The position numbers and the translations under genes are program-made. A stretch of DNA of 32,000 bases from an uncultured Candidatus Neoarthromitus sp. (GTDB lineage Bacteria; Bacillota; Clostridia; Clostridiales; Clostridiaceae). The DNA is taken from the NCBI GenBank assembly GCA_937890765.1, contig CALADQ010000026.1:131368-163367 (forward strand), written 5' to 3'. The notes beneath the pieces are model-generated. The model searched no databases, was not told the origin of the DNA, and was given only the letters and a program-made list of their open reading frames with translations. Of the stretch, positions 9,520 through 19,756 are shown one piece after another; within the stretch, counting starts at the first letter, position 1, and the number at the start of each line of letters is the position of its first letter.

Positions 9520-9993
9520 TTACTTAGCCCAACTAAACAAACTACTTTTAGTTTGAATTTCCTTTTTAAGCTCATTTGTAACTTCAACATTTGAAGGAGC
9601 CAATATGTAAATAGATTTTTCCACTTCTTGAAACTCAGCATCAAGTGCATAGCTAGCACCACACAAAAAATCCACAGTCCTCTGCGCAACTTTAGGATCC
9701 AAAATCGTCGCATTAACAATAACAATTTTTCTATTTTTTAAATCATCACATATACCCAAAACTTCTTCATAAGCAACAGGTTTTATTATAGTCATCTTAG
9801 CAATATTAGCACCTGCATGTAAATTAACAACTTTTCCATTACTGTTCGAATTTTCAACCTTAGCCACTTGTTTATTCATTGAAAAAGTCTCATCCAAAAT
9901 TTTTTCATTTTCCTCACTTTCAAAAGCGTCTTCGTACTCATCTTTCAAACCAAAAAAGCCCCAAACTTTTTCAGCCGCATTCTTTAAAGCCAT
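9520..9993 (-). CDS. sepF: SepF cell division protein (paralog 1)
   Basis: 157 aa. MALKNAAEKVWGFFGLKDEYED and MTIIKPVAYEEVLGICDDLKNRKIVIVNATILDPKVAQRTVDFLCGASYALDAEFQEVEKSIYILAP. Confidence 0.95.
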   Translation of the reverse strand: MALKNAAEKVWGFFGLKDEYEDAFESEENEKILDETFSMNKQVAKVENSNSNGKVVNLHAGANIAKMTIIKPVAYEEVLGICDDLKNRKIVIVNATILDPKVAQRTVDFLCGASYALDAEFQEVEKSIYILAPSNVEVTNELKKEIQTKSSLFSWAK

Positions 9994-10098
9994 AATTTTA
10001 TCCTACCTTCCCCCATAATATCAAAATTCAATCCGTTACGTTAGAGTATTCTGCACAAATTTACTATTTCCTTCTTTAAAAATTTATTATTTTGAAAA

Positions 10099-10893
10099 TT
10101 ATTCTAAAGAAAGAACTGGATGCCCCTTTGCTCTCACATCAATATAGCCTTGCATACTTTGAAATTTAGGATTTGAATTAATCACGTTAATTGCTATGTT
10201 TAATTTTTGCCTTAAATCAGAATTATTTCCAATATTTATTTTTATATCTTTATAACCAAGAACAACATTGTACACATTACTAAAATCTATATAATCAAAA
10301 TGTATATCACTATTATTCAAATCAAATAATTCACTTAAATTTTTCATCCATTGTACTTCTCTACTACTTGCATCAAATAATCTCTCACCTATCTCTAAAT
10401 CACTTGGTAACTTAACTTTAGTAATTTCAAGTACATTATCTTGTTTGTAATCCAAAATGTCCACAAGAATGGCATCTCTATCAAATACATAATATTTATT
10501 ATTTGAATAAATATAGTAATCAATGTTCTTCTCATCAATATACAAATTTAAAGTATTTGGAAGCTTTTTTGTATATTTTATATTTCTAACGTATTTATTA
10601 GATTTTAACGAATCCAAATCCTTATCTATTGAATAAAATAATAAATTTTTATGATAAACTCCATTTAATTCTTGTAAAATGTACTCTTCTTCCAAAAATT
10701 TATTTCCAAATAATTTTATATTTTTGATACTAAAAATAGATGAGTTTACAAAAACTAATAAAAATATTACAAATATAAAGAAAATGAAAATCATCCTTCT
10801 AAGAAAAAAAATTCTTCGTCTTCTTATCAATTTATTTTTATTTAACTTTTTAAAATTATCTTTATTATCCAAAATGTACCTCTTAATTACCAT
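10099..10893 (-). CDS. divIB: FtsQ/DivIB-type division protein with POTRA domain
   Basis: 264 aa. Basic N-terminus, a single TM, and IKNIKLFGNKFLEEEYILQELNG (POTRA). Sits directly after ftsW. Confidence 0.88.
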   Translation of the reverse strand: MVIKRYILDNKDNFKKLNKNKLIRRRRIFFLRRMIFIFFIFVIFLLVFVNSSIFSIKNIKLFGNKFLEEEYILQELNGVYHKNLLFYSIDKDLDSLKSNKYVRNIKYTKKLPNTLNLYIDEKNIDYYIYSNNKYYVFDRDAILVDILDYKQDNVLEITKVKLPSDLEIGERLFDASSREVQWMKNLSELFDLNNSDIHFDYIDFSNVYNVVLGYKDIKINIGNNSDLRQKLNIAINVINSNPKFQSMQGYIDVRAKGHPVLSLE

Positions 10894-12044
10894 TTAGCTC
10901 TATTTTTAGAAACATTTAGAAGTATACCAATAGCCGTCATGTTAAAAAGCAATGACGAACCACCATAACTTATAAAGGGTAATGGAACACCAGTAACTGG
11001 CATAGTACCAGTGACAACCGCTAAATTTATTATCACTTGAATAGCTATCACCGAAGTTATTCCCATAGCAATTAAAGTTCCAAATGTATCTTTACATTTT
11101 ATAGATATTATAACACCTCTCCAAATCAAAATCATGAATAAAAGAATTAATAACATTCCACCTAAAAAACCAGTTTCTTCACCTATTATTGAAAAAATAA
11201 AATCGTTATGTGGTTCTGGTAAATAATAAGCTTTCTGCCTTGACATACCGAAACCTAAACCTAAAAATCCTCCAGAACCTAAAGCTAAAAGAGACTGTAT
11301 TAATTGATATCCATCACCTTTAGGATCTGCCCATGGATTTAAAAAACTCATTAATCTTTTTAATCTATATGGTGCCATTAAAATTAATGAAATTCCTAAA
11401 ACTAAACCAGAACCTCCTAATGCTAACAAATGTCTTTTTCTTGCTCCAGAAATAGTTATCAATATAAATGCAGTAAACATTATTACTGAAGTTATACTTA
11501 AATTTTTCTCTGCTAAAACAAGTCCTGCAAATATACTTGCAACTGTCAAAGCTGGAAATACTCCTCTCCAAAAACTTTTTATCTCATCACCTTTCTTATC
11601 CAAAACCCTAGCTAAATATATTACAATCACATATTTAGCTAACTCAGAAGGTTGTAAAGATAAAGGCCCAAATCTTATCCATCTTCGTGCACCATTTATA
11701 GGTGGAAATATAAATACTAGCAATAAAAGTCCTACTGTTATGAGTATCAATATGGTAACAAGCCTACCATTTTTAAATCTATAATAGTTCCAATTCATAA
11801 AAAAGAATAAAGAGAATCCACCAATTAGTATAAAAAGTAATTGCTTTTTTAAATAAGACATACTATCTTGAATTTCATTAGCTGCTCTATACGAACTAGC
11901 ACTATAAATCATTATAGCACCTATGGCAACAAGTAATATTACCGTATAAAAAAGAACATAATCAATCTCACCATTAACTTTATTTAACCTTGAAATCCTA
12001 GAAAATCTAGTTTTTCCACTTAATTCTGTTTCTTTATTTTCCAT
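10887..12044 (-). CDS. ftsW: FtsW/SpoVE-type SEDS glycosyltransferase
   Basis: 385 aa polytopic protein. GARRWIRFGPLSLQPSELAK and TGVPLPFISYGGSSLL. Confidence 0.93.
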   Translation of the reverse strand: MENKETELSGKTRFSRISRLNKVNGEIDYVLFYTVILLVAIGAIMIYSASSYRAANEIQDSMSYLKKQLLFILIGGFSLFFFMNWNYYRFKNGRLVTILILITVGLLLLVFIFPPINGARRWIRFGPLSLQPSELAKYVIVIYLARVLDKKGDEIKSFWRGVFPALTVASIFAGLVLAEKNLSITSVIMFTAFILITISGARKRHLLALGGSGLVLGISLILMAPYRLKRLMSFLNPWADPKGDGYQLIQSLLALGSGGFLGLGFGMSRQKAYYLPEPHNDFIFSIIGEETGFLGGMLLILLFMILIWRGVIISIKCKDTFGTLIAMGITSVIAIQVIINLAVVTGTMPVTGVPLPFISYGGSSLLFNMTAIGILLNVSKNRAKW

Positions 12045-12059
12045 AAAAATTTATTCCTT

Positions 12060-13046
12060 TCATAGAAGTAAAAAAGATACACCACAAGCAATTAAAGTAA
12101 CAGCTCCAAAAACATACACAATTTTATTTTCACTCCAACCTAAATGTTCGAAATGATGGTGTATTGGTGCCATTTTAAAAACTCTCTTCTTAGTTAATTT
12201 GTAAAATAAAACTTGTATAATAACAGATAGAGTTTCAATAACGTAAACAATTCCTGCAATTATCAAAACAAATTCTATTTTCAACAAAAAAGCTGCAGCT
12301 GCCACTGCTCCCCCTAAAGCTAATGAACCTGTATCTCCCATAAAAATTCTAGCTGGATTTATATTAAAAATCAAAAATGCTAATAATGATCCAACTAATA
12401 TAAATGCAAATATTGCAACATCAACTTGTCCAAATATAAATCCTACAAAAAACAAAAATAACAAAACAATAATTGTCACCGTAACAGCTAATCCATCTAA
12501 ACCATCTGTCAAGTTAACAGCATTTGTAGTTCCTGTAAAATAAATAAACAAAAAAGGCAAGTACATGTAAGCTAAATCAATATTTATATTTAAAATTGGT
12601 ATATAAAGTTTTGTTCCTCTAACATCTTTTGTGAAAAAATATATTATCAATGTTACAATCGTCAACAAAATCATTTTTTGGTAAGCTCTAAGCCCCAAAT
12701 TATTTTTCTTTCTAATTTTTAAAAAATCATCAAGAAAACCTATAAACCCAAACAACAAAAATATCACAAGAATATAAATCGCATTGTTATTAAAATTTTT
12801 TTCATAGAATATTGAATACAAAATCGTAACTATAGTTGTAGAAATTATAAATATTAATCCTCCTATAGTTGGCGTTCCTTGTTTTTTTATATGACTTTTA
12901 GGTCCTTCTTCTCTTATGCTTTGCCCATATTTCATTTTGTGCAAAAATGGAATTAAAATTTTCCCAAGTAAATACGCCAAAACAAACGAAAGCAAAAGAG
13001 GAATAAATATATCAAGTGCTATTCTCATATTCCTCCCTAAATTCAA
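12060..13046 (-). CDS. mraY: Phospho-N-acetylmuramoyl-pentapeptide-transferase
   Basis: 328 aa. GTPTIGGLIFI, NAVNLTDGLDGLA, MGDTGSLALGG and APIHHHFEHLGWSE motifs. Confidence 0.98.
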   Translation of the reverse strand: MNLGRNMRIALDIFIPLLLSFVLAYLLGKILIPFLHKMKYGQSIREEGPKSHIKKQGTPTIGGLIFIISTTIVTILYSIFYEKNFNNNAIYILVIFLLFGFIGFLDDFLKIRKKNNLGLRAYQKMILLTIVTLIIYFFTKDVRGTKLYIPILNINIDLAYMYLPFLFIYFTGTTNAVNLTDGLDGLAVTVTIIVLLFLFFVGFIFGQVDVAIFAFILVGSLLAFLIFNINPARIFMGDTGSLALGGAVAAAAFLLKIEFVLIIAGIVYVIETLSVIIQVLFYKLTKKRVFKMAPIHHHFEHLGWSENKIVYVFGAVTLIACGVSFLLL

Positions 13047-13073
13047 TATTGAATTAGAGTTCCTCCTTTTTAT

Positions 13074-14441
13074 TTAAAATTTATACATTAATATATTTAT
13101 AATCTTTTCAAATTTTGAAGAACGCGACGCTTTAATCAATACATTTTCATTTCCGTTAAGTATCTTTTCAATATTTGATTCAAAATCTTCAAAATCTTCA
13201 AAACAAAAACAATTATCTTTAGCTTTAAATCCATTATAATAAAAATTTTTAAATTTCCCTATTGCTATAAGTTTATCTATTTTACCATTTGAATATTTCG
13301 CAACTTCCTCATGGTAAAATCTCGAATTCTCACCAAGCTCCAACATATCACCAAATATACAAACTTTTTCACCATCATACAAATTTAAAACATCAATTCC
13401 ACTTTTCATAGAACTTGGACTTGCGTTATAACAATCATTTATTAAAGTCATTTGGTTATGTTTAAAAATTTCTTGTCTCATCGACGAAATACATAAATTA
13501 TTAAACTTTTTCCTCATTAAGTCCATTGGAACTTTTAAAATTTCACAAATTTTTAGAACAATTACAGAATTTAAAATATTGTGCATGCCAACAATTTTTA
13601 TAGAAACCTTTTCATCTAAATTTAAATATGTACATTTAAATTCCACACTATCTAAATTAATTTTAATTTCACGTGCTCCAAAATCACAATTATCTCCTAT
13701 TCCAACTCTAAATATTTTAAATTTATTTTCAAAATCACAATTTTTCAACGCAAAATCTTCATTATTTAAAATTAAAATATCTTCTTCACCAAAATAATTT
13801 ACGATTTCACATTTAGCTTTCAAAATGTTCTCTTGCGTTTCCAAAAATTCAATGTGACTAACTCCTATATTAGTTATCACAGCTATGTTAGGTTTTAAAA
13901 TTCTGGAAAGATAATCAATTTCTCCAAGATTACTCATTCCTAATTCAAAAATTCCAACTTCAGCATCGTCACTAATATTTATTAAAGAAATTGGCATTCC
14001 CAAATGATTATTAAAATTTCCAGGATTTTTATAAACTTTGTACTTACAACTCAAAAAATCAAATATTAAATCTTTTGTGGTAGTCTTTCCAACAGAACCA
14101 GTAACCCCAATAATATCAATATCAAGTTTACTTCTAACCAAAATCGATAACTTTTCCAACGCTATCAAAGTATTTTCAACAAATATTATTGAAACATCAA
14201 ACTTTTTTAGTTCATCACAATCAAAAATTTTTTTGTCTATTATACACAGTTTCACATTTTTCTTTATCGCATCAATCACATATTTGTTCCCATCAAAATT
14301 TTTTCCACTAATCGCTAAAAAAATTTGTTCGTCTGAAATTTTTCTGGTGTCTATAGAAATTCCATTCAAAAATTTTTTACTTCCTTCAACTATTAAATCT
14401 CCATCGACACAATCTAAAATTTCATTTAAATTTAATGTCAT
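13074..14441 (-). CDS. murF: UDP-MurNAc-tripeptide--D-alanyl-D-alanine ligase
   Basis: 455 aa. IGVTGSVGKTTTKDL P-loop, ELGMSNLGEI and NDCYNASPSSM. Confidence 0.96.
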   Translation of the reverse strand: MTLNLNEILDCVDGDLIVEGSKKFLNGISIDTRKISDEQIFLAISGKNFDGNKYVIDAIKKNVKLCIIDKKIFDCDELKKFDVSIIFVENTLIALEKLSILVRSKLDIDIIGVTGSVGKTTTKDLIFDFLSCKYKVYKNPGNFNNHLGMPISLINISDDAEVGIFELGMSNLGEIDYLSRILKPNIAVITNIGVSHIEFLETQENILKAKCEIVNYFGEEDILILNNEDFALKNCDFENKFKIFRVGIGDNCDFGAREIKINLDSVEFKCTYLNLDEKVSIKIVGMHNILNSVIVLKICEILKVPMDLMRKKFNNLCISSMRQEIFKHNQMTLINDCYNASPSSMKSGIDVLNLYDGEKVCIFGDMLELGENSRFYHEEVAKYSNGKIDKLIAIGKFKNFYYNGFKAKDNCFCFEDFEDFESNIEKILNGNENVLIKASRSSKFEKIINILMYKF

Positions 14442-14446
14442 TTAAA

Positions 14447-15931
14447 TCACACCTTTTTGAAATATGATTGATTTTCTTCATTTAAAATTTCATCAATTAT
14501 TTCACGCTCATCAAAATGAATAATTTTATCTTTAAGTATTTGATAATCTTCATGGCCTTTGCCCGCTATCAAAATTATATCATTTGGAATTCTATTTTTT
14601 ATAGATTTTTTTATAGCATCAAATCTATTAACGATAACTTCGTAATTAGATTTTTTAATTCCTGAAACAATATCTTCAATAATTTCTTCTGGATCTTCAC
14701 TTCGTGGATTATCAGAAGTTATATAAACATAATCACTTAATTGCGTTGCGATGTGGCCGATTAAGGGACGTTTAATTTTATCTCTGTCTCCACCACACCC
14801 AACTAAACAAATAAGTCTTCCTTTAGAAATTTTTCTCAAGGTATTCAAACAATTTTCTAAACCATCAGGGGTATGAGCGTAATCAAGATATATATGGCTA
14901 TTTAAATTATACCTTTTCGAAACATTTTCTAAACGACCAATTACAAATACATTTTTCAAACTTTCAGCTATAACATTTATTGCAATCCCTTCATTCATGG
15001 CTATTATTATAGCTGGTAAAGCATTATAGATATTAAATTTTCCAACTAGATTATAGAAAAATTCATAATAATGTCCTTGCTTATCATTAAATTTAAATTT
15101 TGTTTCGCTACTTTCAAAATTCAAATCGCTCGCATAAAAATCACTCAACAAATTTTCAATTCCATATGTAATCACATTACTTTTCATAGCATCTATAATT
15201 TTTTTACCGTAAGAATCATCGTAATTTATAATTTTTATTTTGCTGTTTTCAAACAATTTGAATTTAGCATTAAAATAATCCGAAAAATTTTTATGGAAAT
15301 CCAAATGATCTTGAGTTAAATTTGTAAAAATTCCATAATCAAAATTTATTCCATAAACTCTATCCAACTCCAAAGCGTGCGATGAAACTTCCATAAAACA
15401 ATACTCCACTTTTTTGTTAGCCATTTCAGAAAAAATTTTATTGAGCTGCAAGGCACCAGGAGTTGTTCTTTCTGATTTTATTTTTTCATCATTTATGAAA
15501 TTATTAACCGTGCCTATGAGCCCCGTTTTAAATCCCGCATTACTAAAAATTTCTCTCAAAATGAAAGTTGTTGTTGTTTTTCCATTTGTACCTGTAACGC
15601 CTATAAGCTTAAAATTTTTGTAGGATTTCCCATAAAAATTTATTGACGCTATTGATAAAGCTTTTCTTGTATCCTCAACAACTACAAAAGTACAATTGAA
15701 ATTTTCACGAATTTTATTTTCAAAATCTTCATTCACAACAATGACTTTCGCACCTTTACTTAAAACCAAATCTATAAAATTATGCCCATCGAAATTGTAT
15801 CCTTTTATACAAAAGAACACATCATCCTCTTCAACTTCATTTGTATTGTCGGTGATTTTGTTGATTGAAAAATTTTCATTTTCAAAAACAAATTTATATT
15901 TAATTCCTTCAAACAATTTATGTAAATTCAT
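14447..15931 (-). CDS. murE: UDP-MurNAc-tripeptide synthetase
   Basis: 494 aa. GVTGTNGKTTTTFIL, FMEVSSHALEL and YVYITSDNPRSEDPEEI. Confidence 0.97.
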   Translation of the reverse strand: MNLHKLFEGIKYKFVFENENFSINKITDNTNEVEEDDVFFCIKGYNFDGHNFIDLVLSKGAKVIVVNEDFENKIRENFNCTFVVVEDTRKALSIASINFYGKSYKNFKLIGVTGTNGKTTTTFILREIFSNAGFKTGLIGTVNNFINDEKIKSERTTPGALQLNKIFSEMANKKVEYCFMEVSSHALELDRVYGINFDYGIFTNLTQDHLDFHKNFSDYFNAKFKLFENSKIKIINYDDSYGKKIIDAMKSNVITYGIENLLSDFYASDLNFESSETKFKFNDKQGHYYEFFYNLVGKFNIYNALPAIIIAMNEGIAINVIAESLKNVFVIGRLENVSKRYNLNSHIYLDYAHTPDGLENCLNTLRKISKGRLICLVGCGGDRDKIKRPLIGHIATQLSDYVYITSDNPRSEDPEEIIEDIVSGIKKSNYEVIVNRFDAIKKSIKNRIPNDIILIAGKGHEDYQILKDKIIHFDEREIIDEILNEENQSYFKKV

Positions 15932-15984
15932 TTAAGCCTCCCAATTTTAGAAATTAAAGAAGGACAATAATCCAACTTTATTTT

Positions 15985-18171
15985 CTAATGAACATCTTTC
16001 ACACTAAAAGTCAATTCCACAGTGTCACCACGCTGAATTATTTTTCCAACATCAACACTTTGATTAACCAAAAGTCCTTCGCCCTCAACTTTATATTTAA
16101 GCCCTATACTTTCAAGAATTTCTATAGCACCTTGCTTGCTATATCCATATAAGTCTGGCATCAAAACTTGTTTGTCAATTTGACCTGAATCGCCTTTATA
16201 AATAATTATTTTTGTACCTTCCTTAACTGAGTATCCTGGTTTTGGAGTCATGTCAACTATTTTTTCTCCATCACCAACCATTTCATAATCAAGATTCAAA
16301 TCTTTCAATTTATGTTGGCCATCTTCAACTTTTAAATCTCTTATTTCCGGTATGATAACATCTTTCAAAAGACTTCTTCTAACATCTTCATCACTTGATG
16401 AAATATCAATAGAAAGATAATTGAACAAATCTGAAAATAATTGTCGAGCAACTGGAGTAGTAATTACTCCTGCATAATATTCCCCTGCTGAAGGTTCATC
16501 AATTGAAATAAACACACTAACTTTTGGGTCATGTGCAGGAGCAAAACCTACAAATGAAGAAATATATTTTCCTGCACCATAAGTTCCTGTTTCAGGATCG
16601 ACTTTTTGAGCAGTTCCAGTTTTACCAGCTATTTCATAACCTTCAATAAAAGCTCTTCCAGCTGAACCTTCAGAAACAACTTTTTCCAATAATTCTCTCA
16701 TAAGTTTAGCGCCTTGCTCACTTGCAACTCTTCTTTCTCCATAATTATCAAATTTTTTATCGACAACATAATTAAACTCATCATCATAATAAGAAATTTC
16801 TTTTAACAAATGTGGTCTAACCCAAACTCCATCATTAGCAATAGCATTTACAGCTGTAAGAATTTGAATTGGCGTTGATGCGTTTGTCTGTCCAAAAGAA
16901 ATTGTTGCCAAATCCACAGAAGAAATATTTTCAGTTTTCTTAATTATTCCTTTTGCTTCCCCTGGCAAATCCAATTGGGTTTTTTCACCAAAACCAAATT
17001 TCTTTATGTATTTGTTTAAAGTTTCAGCTCCTAAACGTTCACCAATTTCCATAAAACCAACATTGCAAGAATTTTGAAGAATTTGTGCAAAATTCTGTGT
17101 ACCATGACCTGTTCTTTTCCAACAGTGAATAATTCTCCCACCAACTTCCTTATGTCCATCACAAACAAAACTATCTTTATCAGATATTATTCCTTCTTCG
17201 ATAGCAGCAATAGAAGTAATAATTTTAAAAATAGAACCAGGCTCATAAATATCGTTAACAGATCTATTTCTCCAAAGTTTTTGAAGCTCATCATAAGTTG
17301 CAACTTCATCCCTAACTGTATTTGGATTAAAATCAGGCTTATTAACCATAGCAAGAATTTCTCCATTTTCAGGATTCGTTACTATTATTGAAACAGCTTT
17401 AGCCTTATTATCTATTAAAGCCTGGTTAGCTGCCTTCTCTGCAAAAAATTGAATTTTTTCATCTATTGTTAAAACAACATTTTTACCATCAATAGGATCT
17501 ATGTACTCACTTATTGAATAAGGCAAATCTCTTGATTTAGCATCAAGCTCAACAATTCTAAATCCATCTACGCCTGTAAGCTCATCATCATAAATAAGTT
17601 CGATTCCTGTTAATCCTTTTCCGTCAATATCAGTGGAACCCAAAACGTGAGAAAGATAAGAGTTATTTGGATAATATCTTTTTGTGTCTGGAGAAATTAT
17701 TACTCCCGAAATTTTTAAATCTTTTATCTTATCAACTTTACTCTTCTCAACTCTTCTTATTAAATAAGCAGAGCCAGCTGGATTACCTTTACTGTCTTTT
17801 GTATTTAAAACTTTTAAAACTTTCTCCACATTCATATCTAAAGCTTCTGCTATTTTAACAGCTATGTCTTCATAAGTCATAGAATTTTTTTCAAGATACT
17901 CTCTTATTGTTTTAAGATCTAAATCAACTCTATAAACATTTGCACTAACAGCAAGTTCTTTCAAATTTCTATCTAATATTGAGCCTCTTCTCGCTTGAAT
18001 TTTTACTGAACTGGTCCATTGGTCTTCTGCAATCGCATAATATTCCTCGCCCTTTATAATCATAACTTTAAACAAATTAACGACAATTGCAAATATGAAA
18101 ATATAAAATATAAACATCGTTACAAGAGCTCGCTTTTTGGTTAAAAATTTATCCGTAAATTTTTGTTTCAT
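15985..18171 (-). CDS. Class B penicillin-binding protein (FtsI/PbpB/SpoVD-type) with two C-terminal PASTA domains
   Basis: 728 aa. YEPGSIFKIIT (SxxK), QNSCNVG (SxN), IAGKTGTAQKVD (KTG), then IIPEIRDLKVEDGQHKL... and VLMPDLYGYSKQGAIEIL... PASTA repeats. Confidence 0.95.
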   Translation of the reverse strand: MKQKFTDKFLTKKRALVTMFIFYIFIFAIVVNLFKVMIIKGEEYYAIAEDQWTSSVKIQARRGSILDRNLKELAVSANVYRVDLDLKTIREYLEKNSMTYEDIAVKIAEALDMNVEKVLKVLNTKDSKGNPAGSAYLIRRVEKSKVDKIKDLKISGVIISPDTKRYYPNNSYLSHVLGSTDIDGKGLTGIELIYDDELTGVDGFRIVELDAKSRDLPYSISEYIDPIDGKNVVLTIDEKIQFFAEKAANQALIDNKAKAVSIIVTNPENGEILAMVNKPDFNPNTVRDEVATYDELQKLWRNRSVNDIYEPGSIFKIITSIAAIEEGIISDKDSFVCDGHKEVGGRIIHCWKRTGHGTQNFAQILQNSCNVGFMEIGERLGAETLNKYIKKFGFGEKTQLDLPGEAKGIIKKTENISSVDLATISFGQTNASTPIQILTAVNAIANDGVWVRPHLLKEISYYDDEFNYVVDKKFDNYGERRVASEQGAKLMRELLEKVVSEGSAGRAFIEGYEIAGKTGTAQKVDPETGTYGAGKYISSFVGFAPAHDPKVSVFISIDEPSAGEYYAGVITTPVARQLFSDLFNYLSIDISSSDEDVRRSLLKDVIIPEIRDLKVEDGQHKLKDLNLDYEMVGDGEKIVDMTPKPGYSVKEGTKIIIYKGDSGQIDKQVLMPDLYGYSKQGAIEILESIGLKYKVEGEGLLVNQSVDVGKIIQRGDTVELTFSVKDVH

Positions 18172-18204
18172 GACACACCTCTTAAGAATATAAAACGACC
18201 AAAA

Positions 18205-18633
18205 TTATTTTTCCCTTTTAAATATACTATCATAAATTTTAAGGATAATTGGCTTTTTTGGTTTTTCTTGTGCCTCAATATCGAAATTATCTTTATTTAA
18301 ATCAACAAAAACTGAATCTCCAAGTTTTGAAGGAACCATATTTAATTTTTCAGCATACTCCATAACTTTATCAAAACCTTTAAGATTTAAAATATCAAGT
18401 TGTAAACTTTCGAGTTCCTGAGTGCTTTTATTTATTTTTCCCTTAATCTCAGTAACCTCTCTTTGTTTTTTATAAACATTCGAACTGCTTAAAACCATCA
18501 CTGCCCCACAAAAAATAAAACAAATGAACACGTAAAAGAAACTCCTTCTAATGTAAATATTAAAAGAATTTTTTTTTACTTCTATCACCTCTTTTTCTTC
18601 TGAATCTTCAAAAAAATTTTTATTTTTTTCCAT
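18205..18633 (-). CDS. ftsL: FtsL-like septum protein
   Basis: 142 aa, one TM followed by a short coiled coil, between rsmH and the PBP. The call rests on position and topology. Confidence 0.75.
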   Translation of the reverse strand: MEKNKNFFEDSEEKEVIEVKKNSFNIYIRRSFFYVFICFIFCGAVMVLSSSNVYKKQREVTEIKGKINKSTQELESLQLDILNLKGFDKVMEYAEKLNMVPSKLGDSVFVDLNKDNFDIEAQEKPKKPIILKIYDSIFKREK

Positions 18634-18662
18634 ACTTATGCTTCCTTTTAGAATTTTATTAC

Positions 18663-19607
18663 TTATTTATATACTTTTATTTTTTCACAAACTCTAAGTT
18701 TAGCCGATGCAGATCTAGAATTTTTATTTAATTCATTTACTGAAGGCAAAATAGGTTTTTTATTTATAATAGTTATTTCCTTTTTCTTATGGCATTTGCA
18801 AATTGGAAATTGTTTTGGACAAACGCAATCCAAAACTAAATAGTTAAAAACATTTTTAACAATTCTATCTTCTAAAGAATGAAAAGTTATTATGCAAAGT
18901 CTTCCACCAACATTTAAAACTTCCACACAATCCTTAATTGCATTTTCCAAAAGCTCAAGTTCCCCATTTACTTCGATACGAAGAGCTTGAAAAATTTTTT
19001 TAGACGAATGTCCTCGCTTAATTGATTCAGATTTTGGAATAACGCTATCAATTATTTTAACTAAATCCAAAGTTGTTTCAATTTTGTTTAAGCAACGTGC
19101 TTTAACAATTTTATTTGCAATTCTTTTGTGAAATTTTTCTTCGCCATAAATTTTAAATATATTGCTCAGCTTTTCTTCACTATAATCATTAACAACTTCA
19201 TAAGCACTTAAATCTTGAGATTGATTCATTCTCATATCTAATTTTCCATTTCGAATATAACTAAATCCTCTATCGTCTGTATCTATTTGATATGAAGACA
19301 CGCCTAAATCCATAATGATACCATCAACATTTTCGATATTCAAATCACGCAAACAAAATTTTATATTTTTGAAATTATCATTTACAAAAGTTATATTGTT
19401 ATTATTTCCAAATTTCTTTTTACAATAATCAATTGCGTATTCATCTTGATCTATTGCTATTAATTTTCCTTTGTCATTCAAACGATTTAAAATTTGAGCA
19501 GAATGTCCTCCTCCTCCAAGAGTACAATCTACATAAATTCCATGTTGTTTTATATTTAAATTTTCAACACTCTCATTTAACAAAACAGAAAAGTGATTAA
19601 ACTGCAA
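18663..19607 (-). CDS. rsmH: 16S rRNA (cytosine(1402)-N(4))-methyltransferase
   Basis: 314 aa. HFSVLLNESVENLNIKQHGIYVDCTLGGGGHS, DLGVSSYQID and FHSLEDRIVK. Confidence 0.98.
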   Translation of the reverse strand: MQFNHFSVLLNESVENLNIKQHGIYVDCTLGGGGHSAQILNRLNDKGKLIAIDQDEYAIDYCKKKFGNNNNITFVNDNFKNIKFCLRDLNIENVDGIIMDLGVSSYQIDTDDRGFSYIRNGKLDMRMNQSQDLSAYEVVNDYSEEKLSNIFKIYGEEKFHKRIANKIVKARCLNKIETTLDLVKIIDSVIPKSESIKRGHSSKKIFQALRIEVNGELELLENAIKDCVEVLNVGGRLCIITFHSLEDRIVKNVFNYLVLDCVCPKQFPICKCHKKKEITIINKKPILPSVNELNKNSRSASAKLRVCEKIKVYK

Positions 19608-19724
19608 AATTTATTCCTCATTTCATCTTCAAATAATTTATTAATAGATTATATATTTTTTATAATTTGAAAAAAACCTCTATAAGAAAGTAATTTTTTA
19701 CAAAATTTTTTGTCAAAAACAAAA

Positions 19725-19748
19725 AACCAAACTTATTAAAGTTTGGTT
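19725..19748 (-). terminator. Rho-independent terminator after the M16 peptidase operon
   Basis: AACCAAACTT-ATTA-AAGTTTGGTT, with a TTTTTTG run on the minus strand, just downstream of the stop at 19757. Confidence 0.85.
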
Positions 19749-19756
19749 CTAAAAAA

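Noticed and set aside
9513-9725. 70 aa minus-strand ORF overlapping sepF1
   Set aside because: Alternate frame of the well-supported sepF gene, with no recognisable features.
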